From Ascoidea asiatica JCM 7603 (lineage: Eukaryota > Fungi > Ascomycota): a stretch of 64,000 bases of DNA. The number at the start of each line of letters is the position of its first letter. The first letter of the stretch is position 1. Under the pieces are notes generated by a model, which was not told the DNA's origin, ran no database searches, and saw only the letters and a list, made by a program, of their open reading frames with translations. Below, in pieces: positions 51,785-63,903 of the stretch. Position numbers and translations under genes: made by a program. The DNA lies in contig BCKQ01000001.1 in the NCBI GenBank assembly GCA_001600695.1, positions 978,326-1,042,325 on the forward strand, read 5' to 3'.

Positions 51785-52157
51785 GTCGACGTACTTCAGT
51801 AAGTAGCTTACCATTTGGTTCAAATAATAATAATAATATTAATAGTTTCAATTACTAACAAATTCAATAGTAGGATCATTTCTATAGGTCACGTCTCTCT
51901 TTGATTCTTCAAAAGAGCCATCAAATCCAACTTGGATGATGAGATGAAAACCATTGTATCCATTGAATGAGAATTTCAATTAGTTTATCTGTGATCCTCT
52001 GTTGGTCTGGATATCTTGTTTTCAATTTGCCTTTCGTTTGTAAAGATATCCAATTTTGTTGATGTCTTGAGAAAGGAGCAATGATTTCAATCCAATATTA
52101 CATACTTTTTCGGAAGGAGTAATTATTTGGATGGATAACAATGGCAGTCTGACAAGT
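51785..52157 (+). ncRNA. SNR17: U3 snoRNA copy 2: exon 1 51785-51798, intron 51799-51870, exon 2 51871-~52157
   Basis: Same boxes and 72-nt intron as copy 1. I count 4 substitutions over 373 nt. Confidence 0.96.
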
Positions 52158-52526
52158 TTTAAAATATTTGATTTTAAGTTTTTTTTTCTACATTTCTTTT
52201 TCTTTTATATGTAATATATCTATTAATTTTTTAATTTTAAATTCATTAAGATTATTGTAGTTTAGTTTCTCCAAGTTATTACGATATTTTCAAAGTTCAA
52301 TTTTTTTTATTTGGGGTTACCATCTTTGTTATTAACAAGATGGAACCCTTGAAACCATCTTTACTATGGCCTTTACTTTAAAATGTACACTTTCTTCAGC
52401 GTTATGAAAGCACAAAAACAAAAGTGATCTGGGGCGGCGTGGCCAATAATTTAGTGCATTGATGTTCTAATTATGGTCTGTCTAAAAGCAAGGACGGGTA
52501 ATGCCTATCCTGAAGGAAGATTTGAC

Positions 52527-52623
52527 CGCGAAAAAGAAGCTTGTTGGCAATGGAGGAGTGCTCTAGATTTCGTGTTTGCGTGTTTGGACTTTTCTTTGGT
52601 TGTGAAGTTTATTCACTTTCGTG
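52527..52623. promoter_or_regulatory. SCB-like G1/S elements upstream of SPT21
   Basis: CGCGAAA at 52527-52533, TTTCGTG at 52568-52574 and 52617-52623. Confidence 0.5.
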
Positions 52624-53720
52624 TTGCAGTTTGGAGTTTTCTGTCTGGTGTTTTGGCGTTTGTTTTCGAGTGGTGAAGCGGCAAGAAAATATCAATAAAG
52701 CTTCAATAAAATAGCTGAACAAAAAACAAGTAACGCCAATGTTGAATATATAAAATATATGAAAATATGAAAATATATAAACAATAAACAATGAATAATA
52801 AACAAATAAACAATCAACAAATAAAAATATATGCAAAAAAATCAACAACATGAAAATATTCAATTTCCTACTCAGAAATGGTGTTTCAATAACCATCTTT
52901 ATTCTTTGATCCCCAAACTATCTTTCACTACTACTCCAAACAATATCAACTTCACTTTTGGTGTTTCTCTTCAATCAATTAATCATAACAATCACAATAA
53001 TCACAACAAATAAACAAATATATTAAATAATAAACAAATAGTAACCTATTTTTTTATTATTATTATTATTATTTTATTTTCATTTCATACTCTAAATAAT
53101 AATCACTAACTCTTTCTTCAAATTAGATAGTTCAAAATTCTCAAGTGATAATTTTCAATTATGATAGATTATAATAATACATTATCTAATATATTAATAT
53201 GATATGATAAATATTTTTTTTATCTTTTCTGATCTACTATATTTATTTTAACCAATATAATTTTTTATCCTTTTCATTATTTTTCAAATTAATTTATTTA
53301 TTTACTCACTTGGTTATTATTATTATTATTAATAATTAAAAAAAGTGAAAATAATATTAATCCTAATATTCATGCTTATTTCTCAATTATTATAATAGCG
53401 CTAAATATCTCTTCTTTTTTTTTCATCTAATATTATAAATCATCTTATTTAACTATCATTGCCCCTTTTAAAAATCATCTTAAGTAATTATACTATATTA
53501 TATAATAAAGCAATCAAAGTTCAACTTTAAAATTTTTTACAATTTCAATAATAAAATTTAATTCAATAATTATAAAAAGTACTAAATCTCCCTGAAAAAC
53601 AAAATTTCTTTCCTTTTCATTCTTTTTTTTTTTTTCATTCTTCATATTCCACTCAATCAGTCAATCACTTAATCAATCAATACATCAATAAATCATCCAA
53701 TTGAATAATAAATACATCAA

Positions 53721-56606
53721 ATGAGTAATTCAAATTCTTTAAATGATTACGCATCATCTCCTTTATTAAGCAAAACAAACAATCCTTCAAGTTCAACTTC
53801 CATATTATCTTCAAATGATATTGATCAATCCTTGATTTTATCTACTTCAAATAAAAAACTTCTAATTAAAAACCAAGAAGAGAGTCAAATTAAAATTGAA
53901 CATAAAATTGAACATATAAATGAAAATAAAATTAAAAATGATTTTACAGTTTCTCCTAAATCTCAAAGAATTTTAGATTTAAATAATAATTTAAATGATA
54001 AACCTCCTTCTTCTTCAAAAATGATTTTAAAAATACTATACTCTTTTAAAAATGATGATTCAAATAATTCAACTGATATAAATAATAATAACGACAATTC
54101 TATTAATAATATAAATAACAGTAAATCAAAACCAAAACAAAATTCAAATATTAATATAAATATAAATTCAAATTCTTCTTTTTTAACTAGATCTTCAGAA
54201 ACTGTGTCTGTAAATTATCAACAATTAAATATATCTGATAATTCTTCAATAACTTTAGGTTTAATAGATATTAAAACTTGTATAGACTTAATAATAAATT
54301 CATCTCCTGAATTTTTTTTTTTATCTTCCGAATCAAATTTAATTCAAGATTATAATATTTATATAAAAGATGTAACTGAACCAAATGATCCTTTAGTTGG
54401 TATAACTCTTTTATCAAATATTTTTAAAAATTCTATAAATTTAAATAATCAATCAATGATTCCAGGTAAAGTTAAAAATGATTTTACTTCTTTTCAAAAT
54501 TCATTTAAAATTCTAAAAACTTTAGAAATCAATTTATTACTTATTAAAATTAAATCAACTATATCTTTAGATAATTTATCTATTTATCCTAATAATAATA
54601 TGAATAATAATAGTAATAATACTAATATTAGTAATAATAGTGATAATTATCTTAGAATATGTGATTCAAGTGATAAAAATAACAATAATAACCAAATTAT
54701 TAATGATATTGATAATCTTGATAACTTTGATATAAATAATTTAGCTGATTTTGATTTTGATAATTTAACAGAAAATACTAATAGTAATACCAATGCTAAT
54801 ATTACCGCTAATAATAATAATAATAATGATAATAATGATTATAAAGAGCTTTTTAATGGAATCATAGATAATATAGATTTAAATGATATTGAAACTTTAA
54901 TCGGAGATACTCCAAATTGTAATATAAATGATGATATATCTGATTTAAAAACTGATTTAATAGCAAATGTTAATAATTATAATGATCAATACAATGATAT
55001 AGATAATTTCGATGATAATGATAATGATAATGATAACGATAATGATCAAGATAATGATAATGACAATGATAATAATGTTGATGATCATGAATTTGAAATA
55101 CCTTCAATAATATCAAGATTACCTAAATTATCTTTTTCAAATTCTTATTCTTCTAAACATTTACCAAAAAAATTTGAAAATAAATCATCACATATTTTAC
55201 AATCGAATTTTTTAAATTTTAAACCAAATATTAATTTAGCATATTTAACTTCATCACCAATAAAACCACATAATATAACTACTATCAATAAAATCACCAA
55301 AAATAATTGTAATAATAACAATAATTCAAAGGATAAAAAACAAGTGGTAAAATCTAAACGAATAACAGATCCTACACCAGCTCCAAAAGCTATAAGAACT
55401 CAATCATTACCTGTTTTTGAATCCTCTTATAATCCTTTATCCTTCTATCCTCCAAATTCAATTGCCAGAAGATTAAAAGAGGCAGATTTAAACAAGTCTA
55501 AAAATAGTGTCAATGGTATGAATTCATTAAATGAAAAACTAAATGCTGCAAGAAACCCTTCAGTTAAACAAAACAATAATAATGGATCTAGTTTATCTTC
55601 TGGAATTAACTTTGATCTATTAAAAAATACTCGAAGGAGACCTAATAAAAAGAAAATCAATTCAAAAGAAACTCATATCAATAATAGTCATATAAATAAT
55701 AGTAATAGTAATAGTACTAGTAATAATAATAATAAAATTACTATTAATAGTACTTCATTAAAAGATTTTATAATAAAAGAAGATGTTGAATTTGAACCTC
55801 AACCTGATTTACCAACTTGTTTTCATTGCCAAACTTTCAACTCTAAACTATGGAGATGGTTTTCTGGGGATAATGCACTAGAGATTAGTGAAACTGGATT
55901 AATTTGTGAGATTTGCCATAATTACTTACAAGATTATAGCAGACTTAGACCTATACCAAAAACATTCAGTAATAAAAAGAAAAGGAAAAATTCAAATTTA
56001 GGAGAAACTAAAAAAAAGAAAAAGAAAAATAATGATAAAAAACAAAAGAATTGTAACATTGAACTAAATTCATCTCCTATTGCAAGTTCTGATCATAGTA
56101 AAGAGAATATTCAAGATTTATTAATGAAACGATCACCAATTCGAAAACGAAAATATTATAGTGGTAATCAAAATAATTCCTCCCCTCATAAAACTATTTT
56201 AGACGAAATATCTCCAAGCAAGTTAAATTCCACAAATAATTTTAATAGAAACAATAATAATCAAATTATAAGATCACCGATGAAAATTAACTTTAGTGCA
56301 AATCTCGATTTGATAAAAGAATTTAATTCTGTTTCTGCCTTAAAACCAGATTCAACTTCACATTCAACTTCAAATTCTGGAAATGAAAATATTTCAAATT
56401 CAGATAATGATAGCTATTACGGAAATGAAAATAATAATGAACCTGAAGCAATTAATGTACATAATGCAAAATCAACAGCTAATATAAGTAAGTTGAATTC
56501 TGAATTTAGCAATCAGTTTGAAGAAATCTTCGATTTCAATAATTTGGATTATTCGCCATTAACGGATATTGATCCTGTAGATAAATACACAAATGATCTG
56601 GATTAA
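53721..56606 (+). CDS. SPT21: Spt21/Ams2-family histone-gene activator with a GATA-like zinc finger
   Basis: N-domain MILKILYSF..SFLTRS..LGLIDIKTCI..SSPEF..DYNIYIKDVTEPNDPLVG, then RTQSLP and CFHC..WR..CEIC. Confidence 0.85.
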   Translation: MSNSNSLNDYASSPLLSKTNNPSSSTSILSSNDIDQSLILSTSNKKLLIKNQEESQIKIEHKIEHINENKIKNDFTVSPKSQRILDLNNNLNDKPPSSSKMILKILYSFKNDDSNNSTDINNNNDNSINNINNSKSKPKQNSNINININSNSSFLTRSSETVSVNYQQLNISDNSSITLGLIDIKTCIDLIINSSPEFFFLSSESNLIQDYNIYIKDVTEPNDPLVGITLLSNIFKNSINLNNQSMIPGKVKNDFTSFQNSFKILKTLEINLLLIKIKSTISLDNLSIYPNNNMNNNSNNTNISNNSDNYLRICDSSDKNNNNNQIINDIDNLDNFDINNLADFDFDNLTENTNSNTNANITANNNNNNDNNDYKELFNGIIDNIDLNDIETLIGDTPNCNINDDISDLKTDLIANVNNYNDQYNDIDNFDDNDNDNDNDNDQDNDNDNDNNVDDHEFEIPSIISRLPKLSFSNSYSSKHLPKKFENKSSHILQSNFLNFKPNINLAYLTSSPIKPHNITTINKITKNNCNNNNNSKDKKQVVKSKRITDPTPAPKAIRTQSLPVFESSYNPLSFYPPNSIARRLKEADLNKSKNSVNGMNSLNEKLNAARNPSVKQNNNNGSSLSSGINFDLLKNTRRRPNKKKINSKETHINNSHINNSNSNSTSNNNNKITINSTSLKDFIIKEDVEFEPQPDLPTCFHCQTFNSKLWRWFSGDNALEISETGLICEICHNYLQDYSRLRPIPKTFSNKKKRKNSNLGETKKKKKKNNDKKQKNCNIELNSSPIASSDHSKENIQDLLMKRSPIRKRKYYSGNQNNSSPHKTILDEISPSKLNSTNNFNRNNNNQIIRSPMKINFSANLDLIKEFNSVSALKPDSTSHSTSNSGNENISNSDNDSYYGNENNNEPEAINVHNAKSTANISKLNSEFSNQFEEIFDFNNLDYSPLTDIDPVDKYTNDLD

Positions 56607-57116
56607 TTACATTTATTTTTGTTTTCAAAAGTTTCACCTTTTTTTTTTTTTTTCATTTTCAGTTCTAACTCATTTTGCTTTTTTGCATAAAAACAGATGA
56701 TTTTATTTATGTTGATAATAAAACAACATATTTTATTATATAGCCTTTAATTTATAGAATTCCAAGCATAGATGCATTTTTAATAATATCATAATGATAC
56801 ACATAACAATCTAATAAAATACAATTTTAATAAATTCAATTTTAAGTGATAAATGCTCTTTGTAACGAGTAAACTCAAAAATATTCTTCACGTTCTAAAA
56901 TGTGACGGATTTTATTTATTGGATCCAATCCACTGGCTCTGATGGACAAAAAAAAATTTTGAAACTTTTGTATGCGATTTAATGAAAGTAGATAAATTTG
57001 GGAAATAAAATAACTTTATATTTTCAAGCCTGAAATTTTTGAGATACTGACACTAGAATAATACAAATTTGAAAATCAAAAAGGGAATTCATGAACTGAT
57101 ACTTAAAGATTTCAAA

Positions 57117-59840
57117 ATGGGATATAAAGAAAAGCATTCTATTAGTATACCAGGATCTATACTTGATAGGATCACTGATAAAGGTGTTCATGGAGATTAT
57201 GCTGGAGACAAAAGATTTTCTAAAATAGACAAAAAGTTCAAAAAGAGTAATGAAGGTTTATCAAGAAAAGAGAAAAGAAAAAAGTCAAGAATTTCTAAGA
57301 AAAAAACCTCAATAAGAACAAAAGAAGCTTATAAAAGAACTTTAACTGAAAAAATAAACAAAAAAAAAAACAAAAATTCAGACCCAGTTAAGAAAAAAGT
57401 TTCTTTTCAACTTCCAAATAATGATAAAGAAGCTATAGTGAAAAATACAGATCAAAATTTGGATAATGATATGATTTCCGATGAAGATTTTGGGGAAGAG
57501 TCTGATGATGATTTCGACGAAGAATTAAATGAATCAGAGGACATGACTGAAGAAGATACAATAAATGCTCTAATAGCAATGAAAGCTAAAAAAAATAAAG
57601 ATAAAGAGAAAGCTAAAGACAAGGAGGGCTCAACTAAAGATAAACCAAAATCAGAGAGGATTATTTCTGACTATGACAGAGAGATGATGGAACGAGATGA
57701 AATGGATATGAAGTATTATGCAAAAAAACTCAAATTAAAAAATATGAAATTGAATAAACTTGAAGAAGATGATGGATTTGATGATTTATTAAATGGTTTA
57801 GATCTTGATTTTGGTACACTACCTAATAAATCTGATGAAGACAATTTAAGTGATAATGAACAATTTAATGAAGATAATTCCTATGGATCAGACGAGGATA
57901 GTGATAATGAAAACAATGATGATGATTCTGATCAGGGGAAAAGGTTACCTAAAGAACGTGAAAATCCATATGCTGCACCAGCACCAAGTCATACTTCAGC
58001 CGATGTATCAGAACCTACTCCAGCAAAAGGAAAATATATTCCACCAGCTCTCCGTAGAAAAATGCAGGCTGCTGAAAATAAATCGGAAGAAGAAATAAAA
58101 CTTCTGAGATCTATAAAAGGTTATGTTAATAAATTATCGGAAACCAATATGCTTCGAATTGCAAGTGATATTAATTCCCTATATATGCAAACTCCAAGAG
58201 CTTTAGTTAATGAAATTTTGTCTAACATTTTGCTAGAAAGTATTCTTTTCCAACCAGTTAATTTATTAGATACTTTTGTCGTTCTTCATGCTGGATTGAC
58301 TTTATGCATTTTTAAATTGCAAGGTATAGAATTCTTAGCTAATTTTGTTCAAGCACTTATCTCAAAATTTATATCTTTTTATGAAAAACATGATCAAAAG
58401 AGTAAAGAAGCAAGTAATTTATTGTCGTTATTAGTTTCTTGTTATTCTTTTCAATTTGTTAACTGTAAATTGATCTACGATATAATCAGAAAGTTAATCA
58501 ATGATTTCGACAAAGAAAATCTTGAATATAACGTTGAATTACTTTTAAGATTAATAAGAAATGCAGGTTTACAACTAAGAAATGATGATCAGTCAGCCTT
58601 AAAAGAAATATCAATTCTTATTCATGAAAAAATAACAAGTTTCAAAATCGAAACATCTCCTAGAACCAAATTTTTTTTAGATACTATTCAAAATTTGAAA
58701 AACAATAAACTTAGAGAGTATAAGAACAATGAATCAACTAATAAAATGATAACAAATTTGAAAAAATTAATAGGTAATGGAGTCAAATCTAATTTAAATT
58801 TCGAATCGTTGAATGTTTCTTTAGATGATATACTAAATGTTGATAAAAAAGGTAAATGGTGGCTTGTAGGTTCAGCTTGGAAAGGAAATGATTACAATGC
58901 AGTTTCTAAATCTAAATCAAATGAGCAACAACAAATACAACCCCACAATGAATTTAATTCAGTGGATGGAATTATGGTTAATGAAAACGCGTTTAATGAT
59001 GATATTTTCGATAATCTTGAAGTTGATTGGCTTGAATTAGCAAGACAGCAAAGAATGAACACTGATATAAGAAGAGCAATATTTATAAGTATAATGTCAG
59101 CAGATGATTATATGGATGGATTTACTAAATTAGATAAATTAAAAATAAAAAGAACACAACAATTAGAAATTCCAAAAATTGTTTTACATTGTGCATATAT
59201 TGAAAATACTTGGAATCCATATTATGCATTATTAGCAGGAAAGCTATGTTCCAATCATAACTTCAAGAAGACATTTCAGTTTTGTTTATGGGATTTTGTT
59301 AAAGAATTAGAAGGGGATGAAGATGAAAATATAAGTGAGAATGAAGAAGATGAAGAAAGTTTCAAGTTGAAACTTTTAACAACCAATGATAATTATGGAG
59401 AATCAGATGATAAAAAGTTGAGTAAAATCTATAATCTAGGAAGATTATACGGAATATTAATAAGTGAAGGATATTTACCTTTAAATGTCTTGAGAGTTGT
59501 TAATTTCTTAGTATGTAAAGAAGATACTAGAATTTTTATGGAAATATTGTTAGTTACATTTTTGAATAAAATTGGTAAAAAAAGTAAAATAAAAGAAAAA
59601 AAAAGTGAAAAAAGTGAGAGAAAAGAAAACAAGTATGATGATAAATTTTTAAATGAAAGAATTCAAAAAGCTTTAGAGCAACCTACATTATTGAGAGGGT
59701 TGGGATACTTTTTGAAGAAACATGTAATAAATTCCGAGTTCGTTTCAGGCAAGAAAGAAAAAGAGAGAGTTACATGGGGAGCAGATCGAATGCGATCTAT
59801 TACAGATAGTATATTGAAACAACAAGAAGGAATTGAATAA
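57117..59840 (+). CDS. SGD1: Nucleolar MIF4G/MA3 protein Sgd1 (NOM1)
   Basis: ENPYAAP, KYIPPALR, KGKWWLVGSAW and LARQQRMNTDIRRAIFISIMSADDY. First ATG is at 57117. Confidence 0.93.
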   Translation: MGYKEKHSISIPGSILDRITDKGVHGDYAGDKRFSKIDKKFKKSNEGLSRKEKRKKSRISKKKTSIRTKEAYKRTLTEKINKKKNKNSDPVKKKVSFQLPNNDKEAIVKNTDQNLDNDMISDEDFGEESDDDFDEELNESEDMTEEDTINALIAMKAKKNKDKEKAKDKEGSTKDKPKSERIISDYDREMMERDEMDMKYYAKKLKLKNMKLNKLEEDDGFDDLLNGLDLDFGTLPNKSDEDNLSDNEQFNEDNSYGSDEDSDNENNDDDSDQGKRLPKERENPYAAPAPSHTSADVSEPTPAKGKYIPPALRRKMQAAENKSEEEIKLLRSIKGYVNKLSETNMLRIASDINSLYMQTPRALVNEILSNILLESILFQPVNLLDTFVVLHAGLTLCIFKLQGIEFLANFVQALISKFISFYEKHDQKSKEASNLLSLLVSCYSFQFVNCKLIYDIIRKLINDFDKENLEYNVELLLRLIRNAGLQLRNDDQSALKEISILIHEKITSFKIETSPRTKFFLDTIQNLKNNKLREYKNNESTNKMITNLKKLIGNGVKSNLNFESLNVSLDDILNVDKKGKWWLVGSAWKGNDYNAVSKSKSNEQQQIQPHNEFNSVDGIMVNENAFNDDIFDNLEVDWLELARQQRMNTDIRRAIFISIMSADDYMDGFTKLDKLKIKRTQQLEIPKIVLHCAYIENTWNPYYALLAGKLCSNHNFKKTFQFCLWDFVKELEGDEDENISENEEDEESFKLKLLTTNDNYGESDDKKLSKIYNLGRLYGILISEGYLPLNVLRVVNFLVCKEDTRIFMEILLVTFLNKIGKKSKIKEKKSEKSERKENKYDDKFLNERIQKALEQPTLLRGLGYFLKKHVINSEFVSGKKEKERVTWGADRMRSITDSILKQQEGIE

Positions 59841-59887
59841 GTTTAGTAGTATAATAAATAATTGCAACTCTCAAATTGTACTAGAAT

Positions 59888-61363
59888 TTAATGAAACTTT
59901 TCTTTCCAAGCTAAAATTCTTTTAATATTGGAATAATGTTCCAATTTCTGTTTGAAAATAGCATCATTAAGTGAATATTTTTTAGTTGAACCATTATTTA
60001 AAGAGTAATCTTTCGTCCCATATAGATAATAACCATTTTTAATCGAGATTGATAAGTTATATTCACTTTCAAAATTGTTCAAATTAGAATAAAAAGAATT
60101 CCAAGTTTTTTCAATTTTTTTTAAGTAATTTAGTATAGTTATATTATCAATATGATTATCAGTGTCTGTATGTAAACTAGATAAAAGAGTTTCGAAATTT
60201 GTAAGTAAATTTTTGAGTAAAGTAAATGGAACAGTAGATTGAATATTGAAAGAATCAATGAAGGACAATTGATCATTAAATAATTTATTATTGATAAGTG
60301 CTAAAGATTGGGTATCTAATCGAGCTAAATTTGAAAAACTTAGAAATATTGCCTGTTTTATATTGAATAATTTAATTATTGAAATATAGTCGTTTAATAT
60401 AAATTTTAGGTTTGGGTTCATGGTTGAGTCTAAAATTGGAGGCAATATTAAATTATAAAGGGTATTCCAAGAAGAATTATCCTTTATATTAGAGTGAGAA
60501 AATTGATTTAACTTCAAATAAAAATCATCATTTAGTATCTGAAATTTTAAAACACTTGAAATATCAGACAAATATATTAAATTTATTAGCCAATTCAAAG
60601 TAAACCAAGAGTGATAATTATATTTATGTAAGAAAGAGGATTTCAAAAGTAAATTTAACACTGATGAAAAAAAAGTTTTCAAATTTGGAACAATTTCAAA
60701 ATCGTTTATCATTATTACTATCATTCTTCTGAATAAAAGCCATAAACTTGAAGATTTATTTAAGGAGGAATTAGTGGAGTTCAATAATAATTTCAATAAA
60801 TTATATTCTTGGATAATGAATTGAGTTCTTATAATAATATGGTTATTGCAACTAAAAGTGAAGTTTGTAGTGGAGTCTAAGTTATATTTCTCTTGAAATA
60901 TAAATTTTTTAAATAACGATTGATGAAGCGTAATAACAGTATGATTTTCATGAGTAGTTAATAATAAACCAATTGTAATATAAAAAATATTTAAATCGTT
61001 TTGAAGTAAAAACATTTTCTCTTGATTGATATAAGAATTAAACAAATCATGAGATTCTTTGAAAATTTTCAAGGATTTCAATTTTGATAAATATATTTCA
61101 ATCGAGTCGTTATTTTCAGAAATGATCGTTTTGAATATTCGAAGGTCATTAGAATCCAATTTATTATTTAGTTTGTTGCTCTTTTCTTTCCATTTTTCAT
61201 TACTTTCTTCAGTTTCTGGAATTAATTGAAATAAGTTTTCGGAAATTATCTCAAATCTTACAGAATCATAATTATAGATGGAGGGTATAAAATCTAATAT
61301 TTTTTTGCTTTCTAATATATCATTTGGATTACCTTTTTCCGTTGAAATCAGTGATTTATTCAT
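59888..61363 (-). CDS. ECM9: Ecm9, prenyltransferase-alpha-repeat-like protein
   Basis: TIGLLLTTHENHT, LNKSSSLWLLFRR, LKSSFLHKYNYHSW and DNSSW. Confidence 0.75.
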   Translation of the reverse strand: MNKSLISTEKGNPNDILESKKILDFIPSIYNYDSVRFEIISENLFQLIPETEESNEKWKEKSNKLNNKLDSNDLRIFKTIISENNDSIEIYLSKLKSLKIFKESHDLFNSYINQEKMFLLQNDLNIFYITIGLLLTTHENHTVITLHQSLFKKFIFQEKYNLDSTTNFTFSCNNHIIIRTQFIIQEYNLLKLLLNSTNSSLNKSSSLWLLFRRMIVIMINDFEIVPNLKTFFSSVLNLLLKSSFLHKYNYHSWFTLNWLINLIYLSDISSVLKFQILNDDFYLKLNQFSHSNIKDNSSWNTLYNLILPPILDSTMNPNLKFILNDYISIIKLFNIKQAIFLSFSNLARLDTQSLALINNKLFNDQLSFIDSFNIQSTVPFTLLKNLLTNFETLLSSLHTDTDNHIDNITILNYLKKIEKTWNSFYSNLNNFESEYNLSISIKNGYYLYGTKDYSLNNGSTKKYSLNDAIFKQKLEHYSNIKRILAWKEKFH

Positions 61364-61812
61364 AACTGGTAGTCACCTAATTTTTAGCTTGCTTTCTTAA
61401 TCCGATTGAGTTATTGAAGCAGATTATTGGTGAGCTAGTAAGTTCTTTTATCAATTTTTTATTATAGTATTATTATATTATTCTAAACTCTGACTTTTAA
61501 AAGAGTTTATGGATTACATAATCCTGATATATCTCGATTTTCTGACGCGAGTATTTGATTTTTAACTCAAAGGAAAATAGAAACAATAAATAAAGATAAA
61601 CAAATAAAAAATCAATTATTTATCGGTTCAGAAAATATCTAAATTTTATAAACTTAAAAAGATCCTTTATATAATCGAAATAAATACCCGCCATTAAAAA
61701 TATAGTTCTCATCAATCTTGTAAATAGTATACTTCATTGCACTATATGGCATCGATAATCTATGAAAATAACAAAGTTCCATAGCCTTACAACAGAAAAA
61801 ATCAAAAGATAA

Positions 61813-63903
61813 ATGAACAATTCAAATCAGTTTTTGAACGAAACTGAAATCATTCCTGATGATAAAAGAAGTCAAAGCCAAAGCCAGAAACAAACCACAA
61901 TTGATATTGATATTTTAAATATTCTACACAAAGCGTCAGATGATAGTCCAAACATTAGTTTGAATAATGATATAAATACTATTATAAAAAATGATATAGG
62001 TAATGATATCAAACATGAATTGACAAATGATACAAATATTGATCTAAATAATGGCATAAACAATGATACAAATAATTATGTAAATAATGATATAAATAAT
62101 GACATAAATAATGAATTGAGTAACGATATGAAAAATGATATAAATAATGATATGAATAATAATACGAATAAAGATATCAAGAATGATATGTATAGTTCTT
62201 TTAGTAATGACATAAATAGTGGATTTAATGAGGAATCCAAAATGAATTCAAGTAGGGAGTTAAATAACAATTCAGATCAAAATTCACTTCAAGATCTGCT
62301 AAAAGATTCCCATAAAAATTCGAATATAAGTCTAATTAATGGACCTGCTCAAAATCTCAACAATACTCTAAATTTCAATTCCTCATATATTAAAATTGAA
62401 GCTCCCATATCAAACTATACTTCTGATCCAATAACTTTTTTTGAAAGCAATAATGGATTTCATGATATAACTGATAATGATAGCAAAGATAGAAATGGAA
62501 ATAAGCATCAAGAAATAACATCTATTAAACAAAATCAATTAAGAAATTTAACAAATAAAAACGGATTCAATTCAACTACTCCAACTTTCATTCAAATCAA
62601 AGATAAAAAAACTTTGACTAAATATTTTCCAAAAAAAAAAATTGGAAATTTTATAATTCATAAATCGACTTCCACTTATCCATTATTAGCTGTTATTTTA
62701 TCACCGTGTAGAATCGCCTTGGATTCTGCTTCTTTTACTGCTTTTAATTCAATTAATAATCAATTTGGAAATGAATTAGAAATACCTTTCACTCTAAATA
62801 AATTGATCTTAAATCCCGAAATCATACACCTTGTTAAAAGCAATGAATATAAAATTCCAATTTTCTATAATGATATTAACTGGTTTCATAATCATGATGG
62901 TTATGCAATTAAATACTATGATAAAAAAAATCCTTTAAAATTACTAAAAATTGACATTTCAAATGTTGTTGATAAAACTAATTCCTCAGATGAATATGCT
63001 TATATGTACGATACTTTTAGTGATATTCAGATTATAAATAAAAATATAAAGGAATTTTTATCTAACCCTCGAAATAAAGCTCAAAATATGTCCAAAAAAG
63101 TATCTGAAGAAGCTTCTCTGTTATTTTCAAATTTTTCTTCTAAGAATAATTTTCAAAATAATTCAAATGGAACTACTGATCCCTCAAAACCAGAGGATTT
63201 TATTAAGCACAATGAATTATCTATCTTTGAATTCAAATCAATTTTAATGAATAAATTTAATCAAGCTGTGAAGTTTCTCAAAATTTACTTAAGTTCAATA
63301 ATCAAGCTTAAGACTCAAGGTTTCCAAAATTATATTTTTTTTAAAATTGGATCCTGTGGACCAGCTAATTTTTCAAAACCTTACTTTTTTGATGGAACTT
63401 TTTATTACTCATACATTACTCAACATATCAAATATTATCCTACTGGTAATGATGCTATCAAAGAATTAATTGTTTCTCCATTTTATTTTAAAGTCATTAT
63501 GAGAGTACGTCTTTTTCCAATAAATTATAATAATAATGAATCTTTCAACAATCCGATATTAAAATTCGGCGTAACTGAAATAGATTCACCAAATATCAAT
63601 TCGTGCTTTCATCAATTTGATAATATTATTTTATCAAATATAAATTTTAATCCATCTTTAGATTGCCTATCGATTGTGCCTGTTGAAGGTTTAATATTTA
63701 AGGATGGTATTAAAATGGAATTGAAACAAGATTCTCTGGATAATAAGCATTATATGAATTTATTAATTCCAGACAATTTACTTAAAAAATTCAAAATCAA
63801 TTATAACATCTATGAAAAATTGGAAATTGGAATAATGAGAGCGTTTTTCAAAAAGCCAAAAATTATTGATGTGCTTCCTTCAATAGTTAATATCTATAAT
63901 ATA

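Noticed and set aside
52831-53013. 60-aa ORF upstream of SPT21
   Set aside because: Low-complexity A/C-rich leader sequence with no homology. It could be a uORF, but this is unsupported without TSS data.
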